Source of the DNA: an uncultured Nitrososphaerota archaeon
GTDB lineage: Archaea; Thermoproteota; Nitrososphaeria; Nitrososphaerales; Gagatemarchaeaceae
Direction: 5' to 3'
DNA length: 64,000 bases
NCBI GenBank assembly: GCA_963838925.1
Contig: CAWISW010000002.1
Location: 384,001-448,000, forward strand
This document shows, piece after piece, positions 54,496 through 64,000 of the stretch. Made by a program: the position numbers and the translations under genes. The notes beneath the pieces were generated by a model. The model worked only from the letters and a program-made list of their open reading frames with translations. It searched no databases and was not told the DNA's origin. The first letter of the stretch is position 1; each line of letters starts with the position of its first letter.

Positions 54496-56412
54496 CTGGA
54501 GCGACGAGCCCCGGCCACGACCCTGCCCTTCGACCCCGAGTCCAGCCGGCTCAGGGTGGGCCTTGAGATCCACCAGCAGCTGGCCACCGACACCAAGCTC
54601 TTCTGCCCCTGCCCCATAGTGAAGTCTGAGGAGCTGCCGCTCTGCTTCGAGAGGAGGCTCCGCCCCACGCAGAGCGAGTTGGGTCAGATAGACCCGGCAG
54701 CGGTCTTCGAGTTCAACAAGGGGAGGGTCAACCTCTACAAGTGGAACCCCGAGTCCTCGTGCCTGGTCGAGGCGGACGAGGAGCCCCCACACCCTCCGAG
54801 CAGGGACGCCATCGAGACGGCCATCCTGGTCGGGGAGATGCTCGGCGCCAAGGCCGTGGACGAGGTCCACGTCATGCGCAAGATAGTGATAGACGGGTCG
54901 AACACCTCTGGCTTCCAGAGGACTGCCATCATCGCCCTGGGAGGGGCGCTGAGCGTCGACGGAACGAGCGTGGGGGTGCAGACGATTACCGTCGAGGAGG
55001 ACTCCTCGAGGGTGCTCAAGGAGGGGGCGCAGGCGAGGGAGTATGCGCTCGACAGGCTGGGGGTGCCCCTCGTCGAGATCGCCCTCGACCACGTCTTGGG
55101 GGTGCCCGAGTACGTCGAAGCCGTGGCCCTCTCTCTGGGAAGGTCTCTCCGCTCCACTGGAAGGGTCGCGAGGGGCCAGGGCACCATCAGGCAGGACCTG
55201 AACGTGTCGATACTCGACGGGCAGGCCGTGGAGGTGAAGGGAGTCCAGAAGCTCAGCCTCATCTCGAAGGTCGTCCGTTACGAGGCGACGCGACAGATGG
55301 GGCTGGTGAAGATCGCGAGGGAGATCAAGAGGAGGGGCCTGGCTGACGTCTCCTGCGCCATGAAGGACGCGACGGGGACCATGAAGGCCACCGCGTCCCC
55401 GGTTCTCAAGCGCATCATCCAGAAGGGAGGAGCGGTGACGTGCGTGGCCGCAAACGGGTTCGCAGGGCTCTTCGGGCTCGAACCGTTCCCCGGGATCCGC
55501 CTGGGGAAGGAGCTCGCGGAGATCGCAAGGACGAACGGCCTGGGCGGGGTGATCCACTCCGATGAGTTCGCGAAGCAGGGTGTGACAGAGGGCGAGGCTG
55601 CCGCCCTCCGTGCTCTCACAGGCTCCGGTCCCAGCGCGGGGCTCGTCCTTGTCGCCGGCGACTCGCCAGAGAGGGTGGGGACGGTCGCAGCGCTCGTCGT
55701 AGAGCGCATCAAGAAAGCCCACGTCGGTGTCCTCGGAGAGACGCGAGCAGCCACCTTCGAGGGCGAGACCAGGTACCAGAGGCCGCGCCCGGGCGCAGCG
55801 AGGATGTATCCCGAGACCGACATCCCGGAGATAGTCGTCTCAGAGGACTGGAAGCTCAGCCTCAGGAGGCACCTCCCCGTCCCGTGGAAGGAGAAGGTCG
55901 CTGGGTTCTCCAGGAAGCACTCTCTGAGCGAGGAGGCCGCCCTCCAGCTCTACGACTCGGACAACTCGAAGCTCTTCGAAGAGCTCGCGGCCAAGCTGAA
56001 GCTCGAGCCTTCGGTGATCGCCTCAATCCTCGTGGAGATACCGGTGCGCCTCTCGAGGGAGGGCATCGACGAGTCGAAGATCACCGAAGAGACGCTCTCC
56101 GACGTCCTGGGGGCGGTCGACGCGGAACGGTTCGCGAAGGAGGCTGCGATAGAGGTGCTCCGCTCGATCGGCAAGGGGGAGACGCGCGACGTCGACGAAG
56201 CGGTCTCGAAGCTGGGCCTGACCGGGATGAGCGACGCGGAGCTCGACAAGATAATCAGCGGCGTAATGCAGCGCAACAAGGCCCTCACGGAAGAGAAGGG
56301 GGAGCGGGCCTTCAGCGTCCTCATGGGCGAGGTGATGAAGCTCGCGAGAGGGAGAGTCGACGGACAGAAGGTGAGCAGGCTCTTGAAGAAGGCGATGGAG
56401 AAGGGCGCCTAG
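54496..56412 (+). CDS. gatE: Glu-tRNA(Gln) amidotransferase subunit E
   Basis: GLEIHQQL, CLVEADEEPP, MRKIVIDGSNTSGFQRT, GTIRQDLN, RMYPETDIP; probable CTG start after AGGAGGT. Confidence 0.95.
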   Translation: MERRAPATTLPFDPESSRLRVGLEIHQQLATDTKLFCPCPIVKSEELPLCFERRLRPTQSELGQIDPAAVFEFNKGRVNLYKWNPESSCLVEADEEPPHPPSRDAIETAILVGEMLGAKAVDEVHVMRKIVIDGSNTSGFQRTAIIALGGALSVDGTSVGVQTITVEEDSSRVLKEGAQAREYALDRLGVPLVEIALDHVLGVPEYVEAVALSLGRSLRSTGRVARGQGTIRQDLNVSILDGQAVEVKGVQKLSLISKVVRYEATRQMGLVKIAREIKRRGLADVSCAMKDATGTMKATASPVLKRIIQKGGAVTCVAANGFAGLFGLEPFPGIRLGKELAEIARTNGLGGVIHSDEFAKQGVTEGEAAALRALTGSGPSAGLVLVAGDSPERVGTVAALVVERIKKAHVGVLGETRAATFEGETRYQRPRPGAARMYPETDIPEIVVSEDWKLSLRRHLPVPWKEKVAGFSRKHSLSEEAALQLYDSDNSKLFEELAAKLKLEPSVIASILVEIPVRLSREGIDESKITEETLSDVLGAVDAERFAKEAAIEVLRSIGKGETRDVDEAVSKLGLTGMSDAELDKIISGVMQRNKALTEEKGERAFSVLMGEVMKLARGRVDGQKVSRLLKKAMEKGA

Positions 56413-56483
56413 GGCCTCCTTCCACTATTCAAGATTTTTGCGAAGGACGCTTATATAACAACACCCCACTGTCATGCTCGTCG

Positions 56484-57089
56484 ATGCCAGAAGACAACAT
56501 CAAAATCAGAGTGAGGGCGGGCGACAGCGAGGCGGAGATAGAGGCGCCCCTCTCGAGCATCAGAGAGGCAATCGAGCTCATTCCTGACGTCATCGCGAAG
56601 CTCCCGAAGGCGGGAGCAGGCGCCAAGCCCCAGCCTGCCGGGACCCAAGGCGAGGCCGCGACGGTCCGGGCCCCGGAAGCAGCTTCCATGTCGATCCAGG
56701 ACGCATCTGCCGCCTCAACGATGCCGATGGTGACCGTCGAGAAGGGCGACTCTCTCAGCGACGTCATCTCCAAGTTCTTCTCCGACTCCTGGGGGAGGAG
56801 CCCGAGGAAGCTCATGGAGGTGAGGGACGCGCTCCAGTCGTACGGCCTGAACTACCCGAAGCAGTCCGTCGCAGTCGCCCTCTTGAGGCTGGCCAAGGGC
56901 TCCAAGCTCCGCAGGTTCAAGGGCGAGGGAGGCGAGTACGTCTACACCGCCTCCACTGGGGCGGCGCGCATCTCCGGGCCCACACAGCCAGCCGCGAGGC
57001 AGCTCATCGAGGAGGAGGCCGCGCCACCGCTCGAGACCGGGGAGGAGCAGGAAGAGCAACTCGACCTCGACGCGCCCGCGGCGAACTGA
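56484..57089 (+). CDS. Hypothetical protein with C-terminal winged helix
   Basis: IKIRVRAGDSEAEIEAP N-terminus; W...PRKL.EVRDAL...G...VAVALLRL...KLRR...YVY. Confidence 0.7.
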   Translation: MPEDNIKIRVRAGDSEAEIEAPLSSIREAIELIPDVIAKLPKAGAGAKPQPAGTQGEAATVRAPEAASMSIQDASAASTMPMVTVEKGDSLSDVISKFFSDSWGRSPRKLMEVRDALQSYGLNYPKQSVAVALLRLAKGSKLRRFKGEGGEYVYTASTGAARISGPTQPAARQLIEEEAAPPLETGEEQEEQLDLDAPAAN

Positions 57090-57146
57090 AATCCCTCTCG
57101 GTGAACAAATGTTTAATCGGGGAGAAATCTCTCCCGGAGTCCGCGT

Positions 57147-57680
57147 TTGTCCGTTACAACTGATAGGCAGCTAGCGGTGGTGGTCAGCTACGGCGAGGTG
57201 AAGGTCGAGTTCACGGGCTCTCCCGACGTCGTCTTCCGCTCGATCCACGAGTTCATATCGAAGGAGATCCCCAACATAGACCTCGCGAAGAGCATCTCGG
57301 TCAACTACTCGCTAAACGACCTGATACAGATGTTCAAGGACTACATCCGGTTCACCGAGGAGGGGCCGAGGGTCTGGGTGCAGGACAAGAAGCTGAGCGA
57401 CAAGGACGTCATCGCGCTGCAGCTCGTCGCAGCCAAGGCGGCGATGCTCTCCGGCAAGGCGAGGAGCGACGACATGAACGTCCTCGAGCTCCAGGCCGCC
57501 ACGAGCCTCCTCGCGAAGACGATAGGCTCGCGCCTATCTGAGCTGAACAAGTCGGGGGCGGTCGACAGGCTCGAGGGCGAGGGCACGGGGAGGTACCGGA
57601 TCACGACGACCGGGGTGCACTGGCTCCACGGCCAGCTCACGAAGAAGTTTCCCAGGTCGCCTCAGGCGCCCGCGCCCTGA
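57147..57680 (+). CDS. Hypothetical protein with C-terminal winged helix
   Basis: VSYGEVKVEFTG N-terminus; KTIGSRLSEL...G...YRITT.G. Confidence 0.75.
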   Translation: MSVTTDRQLAVVVSYGEVKVEFTGSPDVVFRSIHEFISKEIPNIDLAKSISVNYSLNDLIQMFKDYIRFTEEGPRVWVQDKKLSDKDVIALQLVAAKAAMLSGKARSDDMNVLELQAATSLLAKTIGSRLSELNKSGAVDRLEGEGTGRYRITTTGVHWLHGQLTKKFPRSPQAPAP

Positions 57681-58108
57681 GGCTCGAGCGGTCGCTTCTG
57701 CACGTACCGGTAGTTCCTCATCGTCCCGTCCCTGAAGAGCGTCCCCTCCCTCACGAGGTCGACCAACGAGTGCGAGACCGCGGTGCGGTCGTAGTGGTAT
57801 CCCCTCCTCGCGAGCTCCTCGTGCACCTCGCCCAGGTTCTTCTCGGTGGCGAACCACCCCTCCTTCCACATCCTCTCCAGGAGCCCCCTGCACGTGTCGA
57901 ACCTCTTCCCCTCCTCCCCAGGAGCGGGCTGGTCGAGCGACGCTTCTATCGAGACCTGCTCTTTCGATACCATCCCTGCCAGCACGCTCTCGACGGCCTG
58001 CTGCACCTTGTCCGGCACGCATGTTATCTCGATCTCCCAGGTCCCTCGCTTGAGCTTCACGGTCACGCTGGGAGGAGGGGCATCACCCGACAACGGGGTC
58101 AACCTCAT
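57662..58108 (-). CDS. Hypothetical protein with C-terminal winged helix
   Basis: VKLKRGTWEIEIT N-terminus; EGWF...KNLGEVHEEL..RGYHY...VS..L..LVR.G.L.R.G...YRY. Confidence 0.75.
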   Translation of the reverse strand: MRLTPLSGDAPPPSVTVKLKRGTWEIEITCVPDKVQQAVESVLAGMVSKEQVSIEASLDQPAPGEEGKRFDTCRGLLERMWKEGWFATEKNLGEVHEELARRGYHYDRTAVSHSLVDLVREGTLFRDGTMRNYRYVQKRPLEPQGAGA

Positions 58109-58217
58109 CGGTCATGGCAGGCGCCATCCGGTCGCCGCCCGGTCGATGTAAGAGTTCGGGAGTGCCGTGTATCTCGATGTTCGGGCGCCCGCGTGCGGTG
58201 CCCATGACGGACTCATC

Positions 58218-58282
58218 TTGCGCAATAGCATGTTGCGCAACACTTATTAATTAAGTTGCGGATAGGCATGTTGCGCAACATG
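58218..58282. promoter_or_regulatory. Array of TTGCGCAA palindromes around an AT-rich promoter
   Basis: TTGCGCAA at 58218, 58233 and 58271; the last extends to the perfect CATGTTGCGCAACATG (58267-58282); CTTATTAATTAAG at 58243-58255. Confidence 0.7.
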
Positions 58283-59272
58283 AACAATCAATTGAGCGTC
58301 GCAACTGTCGTGAACATGGACACACTACAATCTCTCGCGAAGGAGTTCAAGCAACGCTTCGAGCTCTCTTCTGACCTGATACACGAGAAGCTGGCGGGCA
58401 AGGAGTTCATCTTCAACCACGACGGGAAGGACACGTATCCCTTCGCTGGCTGGAGCGAGGCTTGCGACGGCGAGCTGCGGCCGATAATCCCCGTGCAAGA
58501 GCAGGTTACGATAGCTTCGACAGACTCCTCGTGCATCCTGCTCGGCGAGTCATTCGAGGGGGCGGTCTACGCAGTTAGGGCGGCAGTGGCATTCAGCTGC
58601 GGAGGCCTCGTCAGGGGGTACTTCAGGGTCGGGCCGACGATCGTCTACCTTTCCGCGAAGGGAGCCTACGGCCTGCCCTCCGACCTCGAGCCGTTCGAGC
58701 TGCGGGTGGCGCTCACAGACCACCAGATCGCAGAGCGGATAATCAGGAACGCCGTCGAGCAAAAGATCGTCTCGACGTTGGTCTGCTCGCCGCAGATTTC
58801 CATCGTGATGGCCGACGGGTCACTCAAGCACCCATTCGAGCTTTACCCGGCAAAGACCAGCCAGTCCGAATCCGACGCATGTCTCGTCGGCTTCTCAAAG
58901 TCGAGCTCCTTGGTCGCGTCGAGCAGGCTCACTGGGACGGTCTCGAAGGCGATCGGCCCAGCCTACTGCGCCGCACAGGAAGGCGCAATCCAGACGATAG
59001 TCGCCAAGTTCAGCAACGACGGTCTGGTCTTCAGGCTGGACGTCGCCAGGCCCATCGCGCAGCTCCAGCGCGTCCTCGGACTCGTCATCCACAACGACGG
59101 GTTCTCGGTCGGCTACCCGGAGTCTCTCCGGGTCGCCCACCACCTATCGGTCTTCTCACGGTCTGAGGACTGCGCGCTCAAGGCCTATCTGAGCAAGCGG
59201 TACCTCCTCAAGCACCTGCCAGCATTCGGGCTCCGCAGGATGACGCTCGGCGGGCTGAGCAACTCAGGGTGA
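58280..59272 (+). CDS. NurA-like nuclease domain protein
   Basis: ASTDSS, MADGSL, GFSKSS, FRLD, GYPESL..AH..S. Confidence 0.8.
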   Translation: MNNQLSVATVVNMDTLQSLAKEFKQRFELSSDLIHEKLAGKEFIFNHDGKDTYPFAGWSEACDGELRPIIPVQEQVTIASTDSSCILLGESFEGAVYAVRAAVAFSCGGLVRGYFRVGPTIVYLSAKGAYGLPSDLEPFELRVALTDHQIAERIIRNAVEQKIVSTLVCSPQISIVMADGSLKHPFELYPAKTSQSESDACLVGFSKSSSLVASSRLTGTVSKAIGPAYCAAQEGAIQTIVAKFSNDGLVFRLDVARPIAQLQRVLGLVIHNDGFSVGYPESLRVAHHLSVFSRSEDCALKAYLSKRYLLKHLPAFGLRRMTLGGLSNSG

Positions 59273-59281
59273 CCTTGGCAA

Positions 59282-60799
59282 ATGAGAATCCTGCGAAAGG
59301 AAGGCGCGAACATCCTGGTGGTGGCCTCCCCCAACGAGAACGTGAGGCTGGGGGACTATCTCATGGTCTCCGACAAGGACGAAAGGAGCCTGATCCTTCA
59401 GATCTACGACGAGAACTACCTCGACGTCAGCGGGATAGAGGAAGAGGTGGCCAGGGAGGAGGTGCTCTTCTCGTCAACGCAGGGGGTGACCGAGGACCCC
59501 GCGGACGTGGGGACGATCTCGAAGGAGATACGCGACATGAGGCTGCTCCAGTGCAAGGCGAGGGGCAGCATCGAGCACGGGCGCTACAGCTCCCGGAACG
59601 ACTGGATACCCTCGCGCACCGCCTCGAAGATCACGAAGCTGAGCGTGAACGAGCTTCTCGACATGGTCGGGAGGCCGGGCGAGAGGTTCATCAAGATCGG
59701 CCGGACGGGGAGCAGGAACCACCAGTTCAGCATCCCCGCGGAGGCGCTCGACGGGCGGGTCACCATAATCACCGGTAGGAAGGAGTCGGGCAAGTCACAC
59801 CTTGCCAAGATGATGGTCAGGGGCCTCGTCCAGCAGGGAGCCTACTGCATCGTCTTCGACCTCAACGACGAGTACGGCAGCATCGGGATGAAGGCGGACG
59901 GGAGCGGCACCGACGTCGCGAAGAAGGTCGAGGTCAAGAGGCCAGGGCGCAACCTGAAGTTCTCCCTCGCGGGCGCGGGGCTCCGCGCGATCACCTCCCT
60001 TCTACAGCACTCGCTTGACATGACGGGCACCTCCATCCGGGAGTTCATCCGGATATGGGAGGCCATGGAGGCGAAGCACGAGGTGGGCCTGACCTGCCTG
60101 GGGAACTACATCCAGCAGTGGCGGTGCAACGAGTTCGTCCGGGACGCCCTCTACTCCAGGTTCTACACCCTCTCGAACTCCGGCATCTTCTACGAGGGCA
60201 AGGCGGGCGACCCGGACTTCCGCGAGGAGGACGCCATCGAGAGCTTCTTCGCGGCGCACCCAGACGGCGGTGCGCTCGTAATCTCTCTCACCCGGACCTC
60301 CCCGCTCAACAGGAGGATGACGGTCGAGCTCATCCTCTCGAAGCTCGTCGAGCTGCTCGAGCACAGGAAGATCCCTCCGGTCTTCCTCCTCTCGGAGGAG
60401 GCGCACCTCTACCTGCGAGACACCTACTGGGAGGACCTCATCACGAGGATGAGGCACTTCGGGGTCTTCACCACCTTCGTGACGAACCAGCCCGACGCCA
60501 TCAAGCAGGAGATCTACAGGCAGGCGGACAACATCTTCCTCTACAACTTCTCCAACGACTCGGACCTCTCGCTCGTCTCCCAGGCCTCCATGGTGGACAC
60601 CGACACCGTGAGGTCGATAGTCCGCACCCTCCCGCCGAGGATGTGCCTCGCGCTTGGGCACGCGGTGAGCAACCTCCCCATCCTAGTGAACGTGGACGCC
60701 TTCGACTCCCCGCCCACCGGGCTCACGAGGCTCTTCTTCCAGAAGGAGGGGGACGCGGTCAGCGTCGCTGTCAGGGGGCGCAGGGGCCCCGAGCCATGA
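59282..60799 (+). CDS. HerA/FtsK-family ATPase (DUF87)
   Basis: HAS-barrel-like N-terminus, ITGRKESGKS, VFDLNDEY, LLSEEAH, RMRHFG, TNQP. Confidence 0.88.
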   Translation: MRILRKEGANILVVASPNENVRLGDYLMVSDKDERSLILQIYDENYLDVSGIEEEVAREEVLFSSTQGVTEDPADVGTISKEIRDMRLLQCKARGSIEHGRYSSRNDWIPSRTASKITKLSVNELLDMVGRPGERFIKIGRTGSRNHQFSIPAEALDGRVTIITGRKESGKSHLAKMMVRGLVQQGAYCIVFDLNDEYGSIGMKADGSGTDVAKKVEVKRPGRNLKFSLAGAGLRAITSLLQHSLDMTGTSIREFIRIWEAMEAKHEVGLTCLGNYIQQWRCNEFVRDALYSRFYTLSNSGIFYEGKAGDPDFREEDAIESFFAAHPDGGALVISLTRTSPLNRRMTVELILSKLVELLEHRKIPPVFLLSEEAHLYLRDTYWEDLITRMRHFGVFTTFVTNQPDAIKQEIYRQADNIFLYNFSNDSDLSLVSQASMVDTDTVRSIVRTLPPRMCLALGHAVSNLPILVNVDAFDSPPTGLTRLFFQKEGDAVSVAVRGRRGPEP

Positions 60800-61119
60800 C
60801 CCTGGTCGAGCCCGCGGTCTCCCCGGCGGAGCCCGCGGCCCAGTCCTCTGACAACAAGGCCGCGACGGCGTGCGCCTTCTGCAGGAGGAGGCTGGCCGAG
60901 GAGTTCTACTTCACCTGCAGGAGGTGCAACGCCTCCTACTGCTACATCCACATGTCGCGCCACCAGCCCGTCCCCTGCGCTAGGATGGAGGCGAGGCGCC
61001 GCCGAACCTCGAGAATGCCCGTCCCCGTCGCTGCGCCTCAAGCGGCGCGTGCTAGGCCGGGGGATCAATCCATCCTCCCCGGGGCTGAGTCGTTGGACCG
61101 CTGTTCGGCAAATGTTTAA
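60796..61119 (+). CDS. Small AN1-like zinc-finger protein
   Basis: CAFC...FTCRRC...YCYIH...H...C; ATGA overlap with the HerA-like gene. Confidence 0.65.
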   Translation: MTLVEPAVSPAEPAAQSSDNKAATACAFCRRRLAEEFYFTCRRCNASYCYIHMSRHQPVPCARMEARRRRTSRMPVPVAAPQAARARPGDQSILPGAESLDRCSANV

Positions 61120-61145
61120 TAGACATTCACCCCCTTTGGACTTGC

Positions 61146-61853
61146 ATGGAATCGTCCCGGCAGGAGTCGATAGCGAAGATTGCTGGCGAGGTTGTCGCCA
61201 GCGAGGAGCCGGGCAAGGCGCTAAAGTCCTGGCGCGAGAAGCTCGGGATACGCCAGATCAACCTGGCCAGGCAGCTGAAGCTGTCCCCGTCGGTCCTTAG
61301 CGATTACGAGAGCGGCAGGAGGCCGTCCCCGGGAGTCCTCTTCGTGAGGAAGTACGTCGAGGCCATGGTCACCCTCGACGAGTCGCAGGGGAGGGTCGCC
61401 TCGAGGCTGCTCTCGAGGGAGGACAGCTCCGCGATCCTCGCGATAAAGGAGTTCGTCGAGCCAATCAGCGCCACCGACCTCCTCCACAGGGTGAAGGGGA
61501 AGGTCCTCGCGGGAGACCCGAGCAAGCTGCACCTCTACGGCTACACGGTGGTCGACAGCATCAAGACGATCTACGCGCTCTCGGGATACGACTTTTACCG
61601 CATCTTCGGCGCCACGACGGAGAGGGCGATAATATTCACAAAGGTGGGCATGGGGAGGAGCCCGCTGGTGGCGATCAGGGTGTCCCAGCTCAAGCCCAGG
61701 GTGGTCGTCGTCCACGGCCCGGAGCACCTCGACCCGCTCGCGGTCGACCTGGCGAAGAAGGAGGGGCTAGTCCTCGCGCTCTCCCACAGCACCGACGAGG
61801 CCGACATCATCTCCTCGCTCGCCACTCTGGGGCGCGAGCGCGCCAAGCCCTGA
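61146..61853 (+). CDS. Archaeal XRE-HTH transcriptional regulator (COG1709-like)
   Basis: KIAGEVV.S..PG..LKSWRE, PSVLSDYESGRR, YGYTVVDS, G.TTERA.IFTKV..GRSP. Confidence 0.88.
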   Translation: MESSRQESIAKIAGEVVASEEPGKALKSWREKLGIRQINLARQLKLSPSVLSDYESGRRPSPGVLFVRKYVEAMVTLDESQGRVASRLLSREDSSAILAIKEFVEPISATDLLHRVKGKVLAGDPSKLHLYGYTVVDSIKTIYALSGYDFYRIFGATTERAIIFTKVGMGRSPLVAIRVSQLKPRVVVVHGPEHLDPLAVDLAKKEGLVLALSHSTDEADIISSLATLGRERAKP

Positions 61854-61914
61854 CGCGCGCTCCCTCGGGAAACCTTTTAGGTCGTAGTTCGGGCGCGTCG
61901 AAAAGCGGCTTTTC

Positions 61915-62733
61915 TTGCTTCAAGTCTCCCTACTCTCCGCCCTAGCCTACCTGGCCATCGTCGTCATCTTCGCCCTGGTCGCCATAGGGGCCAAGGCCAT
62001 CGACAGTCGGGGGTTCCTGGCCAGCCTAGCGGTGGGCTACCCCATCCTCCTGGGCGGGGGGTGGCAGTGGTTCGTCATCGTCGCCACCTTCTTCGTCCTG
62101 GGCGTCGCCTTCACTTGGTACCGCTACGAGTACAAGAAGAGCATCGGGAGCGCCCAGGAGAAGGGAGGGACCCGGAACTGGCCGAACATCCTCGCCAACG
62201 GGGGCGTCGCCGCGCTCCTCGGCCTCGGCGAGTTCCTGGGAGGGGGCCTGGGGTTCGCGGTCCTCTACGTGGGCGCGGTGTCGGCGGCGGCGAGCGACAC
62301 GGTCGCGACGGAGCTCGGCCTGCTCAACCGCTCCCCTCCGAGGCTCGTCACCGACCTGAGGAAGACAGTCTCGCCGGGCACGTCGGGGGGCGTGAGCCCG
62401 ATGGGCTTGGCTGGGACCGTCCTCGCATCCGCGCTGATAGGGGTGGTCGCTGCCCTATTAGGCGTCGCGAGCGGCCTCAAGGGGGCGGACGTCCTCGCTG
62501 TATCGGTCTTCGGCGGGGTCGTGGGCTCCCTGGCTGACAGCGTCGCGGGCGCCACGTTCCAGCGCAAGAGCTTCTGCGTCGTCTGCGGCAAGCCCTCGGA
62601 GAACCTCATGCACTGCGGCGAGCCGACGAGGTACTCCTCAGGGGTGAAGTTCGTGGACAACCACGTGGTCAACGTGCTCGCCACGCTCTTCGGGGCGCTG
62701 GGCGCGGTGGCGCTCTACCTGCTCGTTCGGTAG
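61915..62733 (+). CDS. DUF92 (TMEM19-like) membrane protein
   Basis: RNWPNILANG, DTVATELG, PGTSGGVS..G, DS.AGATFQ, DNHVVN. Confidence 0.9.
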   Translation: MLQVSLLSALAYLAIVVIFALVAIGAKAIDSRGFLASLAVGYPILLGGGWQWFVIVATFFVLGVAFTWYRYEYKKSIGSAQEKGGTRNWPNILANGGVAALLGLGEFLGGGLGFAVLYVGAVSAAASDTVATELGLLNRSPPRLVTDLRKTVSPGTSGGVSPMGLAGTVLASALIGVVAALLGVASGLKGADVLAVSVFGGVVGSLADSVAGATFQRKSFCVVCGKPSENLMHCGEPTRYSSGVKFVDNHVVNVLATLFGALGAVALYLLVR

Positions 62734-62749
62734 GTCTCTCAGCCTTGTC

Positions 62750-64000
62750 TCAGAGGTGGGCTTTCAGCCACTCGCCCAGCTTGTCCTTGCTTACCTTGTC
62801 CTGGGACCTGTCGTCCCTGTGCCTCACCGTCACCTCGCCCTTCTCCAGCGTGTCGTGGTCTATCGTCACGCAGAAGGGTATCCCCGCCTCGTCCGCCCTC
62901 GCGTACCTCCTGCCTATGGAGCCAGACTCGTCGTAGAAGAGGTCGTAGTCCACGCGCAGCGCGTTGTAGAGCCGCTCGGCCTCGACGTCGAGCCCGTCCT
63001 TGGACACCAGGGGGAATATCCCCGCCTGTATGGGGGCGATGTCCGGCCTCAGGGACAGGTACACCCTGTCCCCGCCCTTGCTGTCCTTCTCTGACCTGTA
63101 CGCCTTCTCTAGGATGACGTAGAGGCTCCTGTCGACCCCCATCGAGAGCTCGAAGATGTGCGGGAGCACCTTCTTCCCGTCCTCCTGGATGGTGTAGTCC
63201 GTCCCGCTAACCTCGGAGTGCCTCTTGAGGTCGTAGTCCGACCTGTAGTTGCAGGCGACCAGCTCCAGCCACCCCACCGAGGTCCTAACCTCGAGGTCGA
63301 AGGCGACCTTGGAGTAGAAAGCCTTCTCCACGTCCGAGAGAGTCCTGAGCCTGATGTCCGCCTTCGGGAGGCCGATCGCCTCCTCGTAGAAGCTCTGGAT
63401 GAGGTAGAGGTAGTAGCCGATGAGCTTGTTCGGGACGGTCCCGGCGGCGATGGCCTCGGAGACCTTCGTTGAGACCGGCTCGACGTCCCCCTTCGAGACG
63501 GAGAGCGCAAACTCGGAGGCCACGTCGAACTTGGGGAGCGACACGTTCTCCGGGTCGAAGCAGACCTCGATCTCGGCCTGGTAGATCTCCCTGACCCTCA
63601 AGACGCCCTGCCTCGGGGCTATCTCGTTCCTGAAGCTCTTCCCGAACTGCGCGAAGCCCTTCGGGAGCTTGATCCTCTGGGTCTTGAAGAGGTACGGTAT
63701 GTCCGCGAATATGCCCTGGCAGGTCTCCGGCCTGAGGTACGCCTCGTCCCCCTGGGGTCCTATCCCGAGCCTGAACATCATGTTGAACCTCTTCGTCCCG
63801 GTGAGCTCGGCCTTGCACTTTGTGCACCTGATGCCGTTCTCCTTGAGGAGCTCGTCGTACACTTCGTCCGGCAGGTTCTCGGGGGTCGCCTGGCCCAGCT
63901 TCTCCTCGATCAGCTTGTCCGGCCTGTAGAGCGAGCGGCAGTTGCCGCAGACGACTATGGGGTCGGTGAAGTTTGAAAGGTGGCCCGAGGCGACGAAGAC
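62750..64000 (-). CDS. glyS: Glycine--tRNA ligase, class II alpha2 type (5' end outside window)
   Basis: SGHLSNFTDP, YLRPETCQG, GKSFRNEI.PR, ELSMGVDR, SGSIGRRYARADEAG. Confidence 0.95.
   Translation of the reverse strand, partial: VFVASGHLSNFTDPIVVCGNCRSLYRPDKLIEEKLGQATPENLPDEVYDELLKENGIRCTKCKAELTGTKRFNMMFRLGIGPQGDEAYLRPETCQGIFADIPYLFKTQRIKLPKGFAQFGKSFRNEIAPRQGVLRVREIYQAEIEVCFDPENVSLPKFDVASEFALSVSKGDVEPVSTKVSEAIAAGTVPNKLIGYYLYLIQSFYEEAIGLPKADIRLRTLSDVEKAFYSKVAFDLEVRTSVGWLELVACNYRSDYDLKRHSEVSGTDYTIQEDGKKVLPHIFELSMGVDRSLYVILEKAYRSEKDSKGGDRVYLSLRPDIAPIQAGIFPLVSKDGLDVEAERLYNALRVDYDLFYDESGSIGRRYARADEAGIPFCVTIDHDTLEKGEVTVRHRDDRSQDKVSKDKLGEWLKAHL

Noticed and set aside
1-64000. tRNA, rRNA, SRP RNA, RNase P RNA and CRISPR arrays
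   Set aside because: None recognised by eye; intergenic gaps are mostly too short, but a covariance-model scan was not possible

Overview
High-GC archaeal chromosomal segment. eS30, a TFE-beta-like gene and smc-scpA-scpB suggest a TACK archaeon, most likely a non-ammonia-oxidising Nitrososphaerota lineage (inference). Most genes are housekeeping: Rqc2, SAM synthetase, Rio2, PyrG, pantoate kinase, SMC-ScpAB, eS8, SRP19, Gar1, TFB, RlmE, Trm1, RNase HII, fibrillarin/Nop5, Elp3, GatDE and GlyRS. An accessory Rieske/cytochrome b/cupredoxin/surface-protein cluster lies at 15.5-26.3 kb. Three features stand out. (1) The rps30e gene, missed by the ORF track, is interrupted by a 31-nt insertion that folds into a bulge-helix-bulge; cutting it by the standard archaeal splicing rule exactly restores MPTHGSLTKAGK, and a homing-endonuclease-like gene lies directly upstream. 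(2) A catalytically intact tnpB is bounded by IS6-type terminal inverted repeats and an 8-bp target duplication rather than IS200/IS605 ends. (3) A 2.8-kb IS6-family element with related inverted repeats carries passenger genes and candidate autoregulatory operators. No rRNA, tRNA or CRISPR array was seen. All calls are by eye from motifs; no searches were run.
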